Made by a program: the position numbers and the translations under genes. Of a stretch of 64,000 bases of DNA, positions 19,702 to 28,124 are shown in pieces. This stretch comes from a virus (taxonomy: Duplodnaviria; Caudoviricetes). The DNA lies in the IMG/VR virus record IMGVR_UViG_3300005512_000009, positions 1 through 64,000 of that record; one strand, 5' to 3'. Positions within the stretch are counted from its first letter, which is position 1. Each line of letters starts with the position of its first letter. Below the pieces are notes generated by a model. The model ran no database searches and was not told the origin of the DNA. It worked only from the letters and a program-made list of their open reading frames with translations.

Positions 19702-20475
19702 ATGATATCTTTAAAACGTTTAATAATTGAAGGTCGTTACGATTCAATAGTAACAGCATTGAGCAGAGAAATGTTGAATGCAATCAAATCTAGTTTTGAA
19801 TCAACTAAAACAAAAAACGGCAAATTTGCGGGAACTAAAATATATTTCCGTAAAGGAGAGCAAGTACCTACAATAGATGGTGATGATTTCAGTCATATCT
19901 ATTTTCATGAAGTTGAAAATGAACAAATACCATTAGAGTTCAAGATAGCACTACGGGTACAATGGATTGAAGGACTTGATGATTACAGAAAAGGTGGTGA
20001 TGCATACAATGATCAGACCGATGATCCTGCTGATGCAACTACCGATCCATATATAGAAATACGATTTGAATTAGACCCAGCAGATGCTCCAAACATATAC
20101 AGCAAAGTTGCAATGGATCTAAGAGATACAATCCGACATGAAATAGAACATATTACACAAACTGGATGGAATTTGTTGCCAGGAAAGTATCTTCCGAGTG
20201 ATCAGGAACGAAGAAAACAAATCGAAACAGGCGAATTACCTGCTCGAGAATATTTCCTACTTCCAATGGAAATACCAGCTATGATACAAGGAATGTATCT
20301 GCAAGCAAAAAAATCAAGACAACCATTTTCTAAAATTGTTAATGACTATTTAGATCATTTCATTGCAATGAAAGACGAAAATGGTAATTCATATATCACT
20401 CCAGACGACAAAGAACAGATTCTTGCAACATGGAGAAAACATGTACCTAAATTGGGACTAAAGGTAAAATTATGA
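19702..20475 (+). CDS. Putative zinc metallopeptidase-like virion protein
   Basis: IRHEIEH HExxH; MISLKRLIIE leader. Confidence 0.6.
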   Translation: MISLKRLIIEGRYDSIVTALSREMLNAIKSSFESTKTKNGKFAGTKIYFRKGEQVPTIDGDDFSHIYFHEVENEQIPLEFKIALRVQWIEGLDDYRKGGDAYNDQTDDPADATTDPYIEIRFELDPADAPNIYSKVAMDLRDTIRHEIEHITQTGWNLLPGKYLPSDQERRKQIETGELPAREYFLLPMEIPAMIQGMYLQAKKSRQPFSKIVNDYLDHFIAMKDENGNSYITPDDKEQILATWRKHVPKLGLKVKL

Positions 20476-21026
20476 TCAAATTGAAAAGTTTATTAGAATC
20501 AAAAGCGTTGATGTCAGAAGCAATGCAATATCATTATGATAATAAAATTAGTATCACCGAAAACATATTTCGTGTGCAAAGCGAAGCAAGTTTCAATTTA
20601 ATTGTTGAAGCACGTGAAATGTTTGATGCTGGCCATGCATGGTTTGAAGGACGTGATAAAGAACTTTTTGAAACTACTGATATAGGTAGATTTGCTACAT
20701 TTGAAGGCAAACGTGTTCCGTTAGATCACCCAATGGAAATTCCACTCGATGAAGCAGAATACCAAGGCAAAAAAGTAAGTCTAGGAAAGCCAACCAAAGG
20801 CGGTCGTAAAAAGTATCAAGTATATGTTCGCAATAACAAAGGCAATGTAATTAAGATTTCATATGGTGATTCTGGAATGAAGGCAAATTGGAATGACCCT
20901 GGAGCTAGAAAGTCATTTGCAGCTCGTCATAGATGTCATATGAAAAAGGACAGAACTAAAGCTGGTTATTGGGCTTGTCGAGCACATAAAGATTTCGGAC
21001 GTAACGTTTCAGGCAGATTCTGGTAA
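20472..21026 (+). CDS. Conserved-type phage protein with leader and basic C-domain
   Basis: EAEYQGKKV..KKYQVYV..RKSFAARHRC..AGYWAC. Confidence 0.65.
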   Translation: MIKLKSLLESKALMSEAMQYHYDNKISITENIFRVQSEASFNLIVEAREMFDAGHAWFEGRDKELFETTDIGRFATFEGKRVPLDHPMEIPLDEAEYQGKKVSLGKPTKGGRKKYQVYVRNNKGNVIKISYGDSGMKANWNDPGARKSFAARHRCHMKKDRTKAGYWACRAHKDFGRNVSGRFW

Positions 21027-21027
21027 T

Positions 21028-21306
21028 ATGGTAGAAGAACGAGTTCCGTACGAAAATTTAGAGGTTACAGAAGAATACATTATTCGCAAGTTTCCACACG
21101 ACACAGAAGCAGAAGATCTTCTTTGGCATCGTGATAGAGAAAATCGCTTGATAGAACACGTGTCAGGAACAGGATGGAGTTTTCAATATGATAATGAATT
21201 ACCTATACCAATTGAGCCAAATCATTACATCGACATTCCAGCTGGTGCTTGGCATCGCATACATCGCGGATCAGATGATTTGATAATCAAAATAAATTTC
21301 CTATAA
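21028..21306 (+). CDS. Cupin-like protein
   Basis: WHRDRE..IPAGAWHRI. Confidence 0.55.
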   Translation: MVEERVPYENLEVTEEYIIRKFPHDTEAEDLLWHRDRENRLIEHVSGTGWSFQYDNELPIPIEPNHYIDIPAGAWHRIHRGSDDLIIKINFL

Positions 21307-21312
21307 TAGGAT

Positions 21313-21840
21313 ATGAAATGTCCTTATACAACAGCAAAACGAATGATCGCCTACATTCGCAATGTTTTGTCAGTACCATCTGACGATTACGGAGGACTTC
21401 CGCCATGCCCATTTGTAAAAGCAGAATTAGATAGTAGAAAACTAATGTTAGCAGAGTTAGATCCAGAACAAGAAAATTTACTTGCCATCATACAAGAATT
21501 TTCAAAATCTTCATATGAAAGTTTACTTGTAGCTCAGAAAATGCCGGCTGGAGAATCTTTATCAGCTAAAGAAACTGGGTACTATCAAAAACAAGTTAAT
21601 CGCATCCTTAAGAAGATGGGCATGAAAGAATACAAATGCATTTGCTTCAACCCAAATGATCGAGTTGGTCGCGTAAGGCAACAGGCACCGTACTTTTTGA
21701 TTAACATTGCACGTGCGGATGTTTTGAATGCAGCACACAAGAAAATAATGCAAACAGATTACTTTGCTTATATGTCAGAAGAGTACGTTAAATTTCTTCA
21801 TGTAGACCCAAAAAAAGTTATTAGAAAGGTTGGATCTTAA
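21313..21840 (+). CDS. Hypothetical protein (DUF1415-like)
   Basis: LPPCPF..FNP..APY. Confidence 0.45.
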   Translation: MKCPYTTAKRMIAYIRNVLSVPSDDYGGLPPCPFVKAELDSRKLMLAELDPEQENLLAIIQEFSKSSYESLLVAQKMPAGESLSAKETGYYQKQVNRILKKMGMKEYKCICFNPNDRVGRVRQQAPYFLINIARADVLNAAHKKIMQTDYFAYMSEEYVKFLHVDPKKVIRKVGS

Positions 21841-21891
21841 ATGTATATTTCTTATATTATAATATAGAAATTAGAAATTAAATTTAAGGTT

Positions 21892-23025
21892 ATGAAAAAG
21901 AAATTTGGTATTGTTAAAGACGGCATCGTAACAGATGCAACAACAGGAGAAGTAATTACATCACTCTTCCGAGACATCATGATTGAAAAGGCTGAAGCAA
22001 ATGGTCAAGCTCTTGCATTTGATGAAGAAACGGGTAGAGCACGAAGAATTGAAATATCAGAGGTTGAAATAGATCCAGTTGAAGATGTTCCTAAACAAGA
22101 AGTAAATGTAGAAGCAGACCCAGTATTAGCTCTTATTAAGAATTCAGCTGATCTTCGTCCTGAGACACTCGAAATGACGGATCTTAAATGGAAGTATCTT
22201 GTAAGGTCAGCATTGCGTGGTAAGAATATCATGATGGTTGGTCCTGCAGGATGTGGTAAGACAGAAGCTGCAAAAGCATTGCCAGCAGCAACGGATCGTC
22301 CATTCTTTTATTTTAACTTGGGAGCAACGCAAGATCCAAGAGCCACTCTTATTGGTAACACTCACTTCAAAGACGGCGAAACAGCATTTGATCAGTCAGC
22401 ATTCGTAAAAGCAATTCAGACTGAGAACGCAGTGATTCTGCTTGATGAATTGTCTCGTGCGCATCCAGAAGCATGGAACATCCTGATGACAGTATTGGAT
22501 GAAGGTCAAAGATATCTAAGATTAGATGAAGATATCAATGCTCCAACCATTCATGTAGCATCTGGTGTATCCTTTATTGCCACAGCAAATATTGGTACGG
22601 AGTATACTTCAACCAGAGTATTAGACCGTGCATTGATGGATCGATTTGAGATTATTGAAGTAGACATTTTGAGCAAGGAGCGTGAGTCGTCTTTGTTGGC
22701 AAAGCGTTTTCCAAAACTTGAAGCTGGATTGATTGAAGCAGTCGCAGACATTGCAGACTTGACTCGTAAAGAGTGGAGATCAGAAGAAGGCAAGCTCAAT
22801 ACTATGGTATCCACTCGTATGACAGTCAGAGTATGTGATTTGTTGGCAGATGGATTTACTTTGGCAGAAGCAGCAGATGTAGCCATTCTTCCATTCTTTG
22901 ATCAGTCAGGAGGTGCTGATTCTGAAAGGACGTTCCTAAAACAGATTATTCAGAAGCACATGGCAACCGCTGAAGAAGATATCTTCAATACAGGTACAGA
23001 AGAGACAATGGAGAATCCATTCTAA
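21892..23025 (+). CDS. MoxR/CbbQ-type AAA+ ATPase
   Basis: GPAGCGKT, ILLDELSR, IATAN, DRALMDRF. Confidence 0.9.
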   Translation: MKKKFGIVKDGIVTDATTGEVITSLFRDIMIEKAEANGQALAFDEETGRARRIEISEVEIDPVEDVPKQEVNVEADPVLALIKNSADLRPETLEMTDLKWKYLVRSALRGKNIMMVGPAGCGKTEAAKALPAATDRPFFYFNLGATQDPRATLIGNTHFKDGETAFDQSAFVKAIQTENAVILLDELSRAHPEAWNILMTVLDEGQRYLRLDEDINAPTIHVASGVSFIATANIGTEYTSTRVLDRALMDRFEIIEVDILSKERESSLLAKRFPKLEAGLIEAVADIADLTRKEWRSEEGKLNTMVSTRMTVRVCDLLADGFTLAEAADVAILPFFDQSGGADSERTFLKQIIQKHMATAEEDIFNTGTEETMENPF

Positions 23026-23076
23026 GTTACACTATTTGTTTTACAAAGGTAGCCATATTTATACTAAAGGAGTTTT

Positions 23077-23721
23077 ATGTATATTTATGGCTACCAAAAC
23101 AAAATAAATCAAAAATGGTATATTGGTAAAAGTGAGTGTAAAAATAAAACGCGTCGACATACTGAACACGTAAAACACGTACGTAATAATATGAAAACGC
23201 AGTTTTATGATGCAGTACGAAAATATGGATGGAAAATGTTTGATCGTCATATTTTATTTGAGTGTGACTCACGTATTGAACTAAATCAAAAAGAGATCGA
23301 ACTGATTGCTGAGTATAATAGTTACCGTAAAGGTTACAATGCGACTCAGGGAGGAGATGGCGGTGATACATTTTCATCATTATCAGAATCTCAAAAAATA
23401 GAAGCGAACAAAAAACGTTCAGCTTCATTGAAAGAAGCCTGGGTTCGAGATAGAGAAAAATGGATGAAATCATTTTCAGACACAGATTACTCATACCGAC
23501 GAACAAAGGAGTATAGAAAAGCACAATCTGAACGTTGTAAAACGATCAAAAAAGTAATAGACCCAGCTGGTAATGTTTATGAGTTCAAAGGTTTGGAAGA
23601 AATGAAAACGTATTTCAAAGATGTTGTAAACAAAGATATACCAATGAGAAACCCACATCGTGTGTCGCCAACGGTTATAGCTTGGCATGGTGAAAGTAAA
23701 GGCTGGAAGTTGATAGAATAA
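23077..23721 (+). CDS. GIY-YIG homing endonuclease (Seg-like)
   Basis: YIY..N.IN.KWYIGKS, AVRKYG, E..LI, GYN.T.GG.GG. Confidence 0.85.
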   Translation: MYIYGYQNKINQKWYIGKSECKNKTRRHTEHVKHVRNNMKTQFYDAVRKYGWKMFDRHILFECDSRIELNQKEIELIAEYNSYRKGYNATQGGDGGDTFSSLSESQKIEANKKRSASLKEAWVRDREKWMKSFSDTDYSYRRTKEYRKAQSERCKTIKKVIDPAGNVYEFKGLEEMKTYFKDVVNKDIPMRNPHRVSPTVIAWHGESKGWKLIE

Positions 23722-23763
23722 AAGTTTTCATAACCGAGAAGCAGTCATGTAAGTCGTCAGCTA

Positions 23764-24138
23764 ATGAAGTCAACGCATTGGCTGCTTCTTTTTATTTGTT
23801 TTGAAATGGAAAAGGAATATTGGACGGAAACGCAGTGGAGATTCTTGAAGAAGTGCTGTGATTTCAACTTGCAACAACACAACATACTGGTAAAAGTTAC
23901 TAGTCCACTGTATGTGCAGGAAGAAGATGTGTTGTTTGAAAACATATCATTTGAAACCGTTTTACACGAAGGATTATGTATTACAGGCCGGGTGCTAACA
24001 TCACGTGGCCAGGAAAGCCGATTCACATCTCTTCCAGCAGAATATTTCAAAGAAGGCGAACACGAGATGAAGCCGTGGGTGAAAGCCGTTATGAGAGTGG
24101 TGTTTGATTATTGGACCATGACCTACAAACACAACTAA
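23764..24138 (+). CDS. Hypothetical protein
   Basis: ORF; true start may be downstream. Confidence 0.5.
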   Translation: MKSTHWLLLFICFEMEKEYWTETQWRFLKKCCDFNLQQHNILVKVTSPLYVQEEDVLFENISFETVLHEGLCITGRVLTSRGQESRFTSLPAEYFKEGEHEMKPWVKAVMRVVFDYWTMTYKHN

Positions 24139-24192
24139 CATTTCTCAGAAAAAGGTTGTAAAAGTAAATTAGTTTATATATATTATAGTAAG

Positions 24193-24279
24193 ATGAAGAA
24201 AATTAATCAACATATGGTCTCGTTTAGTAAGCAGTGGCTGAATTATATTCGCACTGTAACATCCGGATACAAGAGTTGA
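24193..24279 (+). CDS. Putative leader peptide (28 aa)
   Basis: MKKINQHMVSFSKQWLNYIRTVTSGYKS just upstream of a terminator. Confidence 0.45.
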   Translation: MKKINQHMVSFSKQWLNYIRTVTSGYKS

Positions 24280-24310
24280 TTTAAGAATACATATCATATT
24301 TTTTAATTTA

Positions 24311-24349
24311 AATCCGGATTGCTAAACAAAGCAGTTCGGATTTTTTTTT
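24311..24349 (+). terminator. Intrinsic terminator / attenuator hairpin
   Basis: 13-bp stem AATCCGGATTGCT/AGCAGTTCGGATT plus T-run. Confidence 0.8.
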
Positions 24350-24450
24350 GAAAAAAGTTTCAAAAAAAGGTTAGATTGTAAAGATATTTTTCTTATCTTT
24401 AAGTATAGAAATTAGAAAAAAAAGTTCATTGACATCTTGAAAAACCCAAA

Positions 24451-24535
24451 GGAAGAGTGGCAGAGTGGTCGATTGCACTTGTCTTGAAAACAAGCGTACA
24501 GAGATGTACCGTAGGTTCGAATCCTACCTCTTCCG
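24451..24535 (+). tRNA. tRNA-Ser(TGA)
   Basis: Cloverleaf with long variable arm. Confidence 0.92.
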
Positions 24536-24542
24536 CATTTAT

Positions 24543-24613
24543 TGTCCTGTGGTGTAATGGCAGCACATCTGGTTTTGGTCCAGAGAATCGAGGTTCGAAT
24601 CCTTGCGGGACAA
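24543..24613 (+). tRNA. tRNA-Gln(TTG)
   Basis: Anticodon arm tctgg-ttTTGgt-ccaga. Confidence 0.92.
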
Positions 24614-24619
24614 CTATTC

Positions 24620-24693
24620 GCCCTCTTAACTCAGTTGGCTAGAGTACCACACTTTTAATGTGGGAGTCCAGGGTTCGAGTCCCTGAGGGGGTA
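24620..24693 (+). tRNA. tRNA-Lys(TTT)
   Basis: ccaca-ctTTTaa-tgtgg. Confidence 0.92.
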
Positions 24694-24800
24694 CAAGCTG
24701 TTCTGCATCAGAAGTGCTGGGTAGGTGAAACATTCTATCAGATGAGCCCATCAAAATGTGAGTAGTTTTGTGGTAACTACTTAAAAGTAAACCACATTAT

Positions 24801-24883
24801 GCCCGAGTGTTGGAATTGGTAGACAAAGCGGTCTTAGAAACCGTGGCTGTAATGGCTTGAGAGTTCGAGTCTCTCCTTGGGTA
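24801..24883 (+). tRNA. tRNA-Leu(TAG)
   Basis: gcggt-ctTAGaa-accgt. Confidence 0.92.
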
Positions 24884-24890
24884 CAACAAT

Positions 24891-24962
24891 GCACCTTTAG
24901 CTCAGAGGGAGAGCGCTTGCCTTACATGCAAGATGTCGGTGGTTCGAATCCATCAAAGTGCA
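24891..24962 (+). tRNA. tRNA-Val(TAC)
   Basis: cttgc-ctTACat-gcaag. Confidence 0.9.
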
Positions 24963-24969
24963 CTATTAT

Positions 24970-25055
24970 TGGTAGGTGGTCGAGTGGTTAAAGGCGGCAG
25001 ACTGTAAATCTGCTCTCTTCGGAGTACGGGGGTTCGAATCCCTCCCTACCAACCA
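24970..25055 (+). tRNA. tRNA-Tyr(GTA)
   Basis: gcaga-ctGTAaa-tctgc; encoded CCA. Confidence 0.92.
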
Positions 25056-25058
25056 TTT

Positions 25059-25132
25059 GCATTGGTAGTTCAATTGGATAGAACACTTCACTACGGATGA
25101 AGGGGTTGAGGGTTCGAGTCCTTCCCAATGTA
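25059..25132 (+). tRNA. tRNA-Arg(ACG)
   Basis: cttca-ctACGga-tgaag. Confidence 0.92.
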
Positions 25133-25138
25133 CAAATT

Positions 25139-25211
25139 GGTACTGTAGCTCAGTTGGTAGAGCAGTTGATTTGTAATCAACCGGTCATCAGTTCGAATCT
25201 GGTCAAAGGCT
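25139..25211 (+). tRNA. tRNA-Thr(TGT) with mismatched acceptor stem (chimeric/pseudo)
   Basis: gttga-ttTGTaa-tcaac; acceptor GGTACTG vs CAAAGGC has three mismatches. Confidence 0.7.
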
Positions 25212-25218
25212 CATTTAT

Positions 25219-25292
25219 CGCCCGTTCGTCTAGCGGTCAAGGACATCGCCCTTTCACGGCGAAGATCACGAGTTCGAATCTCGTACGGGTGA
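25219..25292 (+). tRNA. tRNA-Glu(TTC)
   Basis: tcgcc-ctTTCac-ggcga. Confidence 0.92.
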
Positions 25293-25305
25293 CAGTAAAT
25301 AATAA

Positions 25306-25376
25306 GGCGGGGAGCTTAGTAGCAGCCGGGTCTCATAAGCCATGGTGTGTAGGAGGAGCGTTACCTTCCCCCGCAA
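25306..25376 (+). tRNA. Atypical initiator-like tRNA-Met(CAT)
   Basis: fMet-type acceptor GGCGGGG/CCCCGCA, ctCATaa loop, reduced D arm, non-canonical T loop. Confidence 0.55.
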
Positions 25377-25381
25377 CTAAT

Positions 25382-25465
25382 GCACCTGTGGTGGAATAGG
25401 TAGACACGTGGGACTTAAAATCCCATTCCGTTTTAGGAGTACCAGTTCGATTCTGGTCAGGTGCA
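25382..25465 (+). tRNA. tRNA-Leu(TAA)
   Basis: tggga-ctTAAaa-tccca. Confidence 0.92.
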
Positions 25466-25473
25466 CATATATT

Positions 25474-25545
25474 GGTCCTATGGTTGAATGGTACAATGCC
25501 ACCCTGTCACGGTGCGCGGTACGGGTTCGAATCCCGTTAGGACCG
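25474..25545 (+). tRNA. tRNA-Asp(GTC)
   Basis: cacc-ctGTCac-ggtg. Confidence 0.88.
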
Positions 25546-25553
25546 CAATAAAT

Positions 25554-25627
25554 GGGCTGTTAGTTCAGATGGCTAGAACGCCTGCCTTGCACGCAGGAGG
25601 TCGTGAGTTCGAGTCTCACACGGTCCA
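25554..25627 (+). tRNA. tRNA-Ala(TGC)
   Basis: cctgc-ctTGCac-gcagg; G3-U70. Confidence 0.92.
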
Positions 25628-25634
25628 CAAATAA

Positions 25635-25707
25635 GCGGAAGTAGCTCAACTGGTAGAGTATCAGATTTCCAATCTGGTCGTTGAGGGTTCGAGTCCCTTC
25701 TTCCGCT
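25635..25707 (+). tRNA. tRNA-Gly(TCC)
   Basis: tcaga-ttTCCaa-tctgg. Confidence 0.92.
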
Positions 25708-25712
25708 CAAAA

Positions 25713-25785
25713 GCGAGATTAGCTCATTTGGTAGAGCATCACCTTGCCAAGGTGAGGGTGGTCGGTTCGAATCCGATATCTCGCT
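25713..25785 (+). tRNA. tRNA-Gly(GCC)
   Basis: tcacc-ttGCCaa-ggtga. Confidence 0.92.
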
Positions 25786-25791
25786 CAACAT

Positions 25792-25870
25792 AGGGTAGTA
25801 GAGGAGTCAGGTTTATCTCGCTACATTTGGGATGTAGAGCACGCTGGTTCGAATCCAGTCTACCCTACCA
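25792..25870 (+). tRNA. tRNA-Pro(TGG)
   Basis: ctaca-ttTGGga-tgtag; encoded CCA. Confidence 0.9.
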
Positions 25871-25950
25871 TAGTATGGTTTTAACAAATGCCTGTGCCAG
25901 AATGTCGACCAAAATACAGGGATATGTAGGTAGCGACTTACCGCTAAACA

Positions 25951-26024
25951 GGACTTGTAGCTCAGTTGGTTAGAGCACCGCACTCATAATGCGTAGGTCA
26001 TAGGTTCGAATCCTATCTGGTCCA
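25951..26024 (+). tRNA. tRNA with CAT anticodon (Ile2 likely, or elongator Met)
   Basis: cgca-ctCATaa-tgcg; Ile-like body. Confidence 0.85.
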
Positions 26025-26031
26025 CTGATTT

Positions 26032-26105
26032 GCACCCATAGCTCAGCTGGATAGAGCAACTCACTTCTAATGAGTAGGTCAAAGGTTCGAATCCTTTTGG
26101 GTGTA
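26032..26105 (+). tRNA. tRNA-Arg(TCT)
   Basis: actca-ctTCTaa-tgagt. Confidence 0.92.
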
Positions 26106-26139
26106 CAACTTTATTTAGTTCCAAATATTTATAAGTGTT

Positions 26140-26319
26140 ATGAAAGGCAAATACAAGGATAAGACGGCTACGGGCCAGTCATTTGGTGAAGTCATGCACC
26201 ACATTGGAAAACAAACAACGGAGCAAGTAAAGAAGTCTAAAAAGAATTATTCTAGAAAGCAAAAACATAAAAATGGCGAATGGGATGATTGGTGTCCTGA
26301 TTATCCTTTATTCATTTGA
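26140..26319 (+). CDS. Small basic protein, ArfA-like motif
   Basis: Read manually, 59 aa; QVKKSKKNYSRKQKHK. Confidence 0.5.
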   Translation: MKGKYKDKTATGQSFGEVMHHIGKQTTEQVKKSKKNYSRKQKHKNGEWDDWCPDYPLFI

Positions 26320-26345
26320 TCTTACCAATATTTTCATTATAATAA

Positions 26346-27992
<1,647 letters not shown>

Positions 27993-28016
27993 GATAAAAC
28001 GAGTCAAGTTTAATTC

Positions 28017-28051
28017 AAAGAGGATTCATAGGAAACTATGGATCCTTTTTT
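28017..28051 (+). terminator. Intrinsic terminator after groEL
   Basis: AGGATTCATAG-GAAA-CTATGGATCCT plus T-run. Confidence 0.8.
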
Positions 28052-28124
28052 ACTATCTTTTTTTACATAATGGTTGGATCTGTACGGCTTTTTTCTTATA
28101 TTATAATATAATTAAGAAGTAGAT

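Noticed and set aside
24720-24752. Hammerhead ribozyme (GAAAC...CAGATGA)
   Set aside because: Core is imperfect and spacing too short to form stems I and III
24457-25791. ORFs 24457-24642, 25097-25399, 25573-25791
   Set aside because: They overlap tRNA genes; spurious
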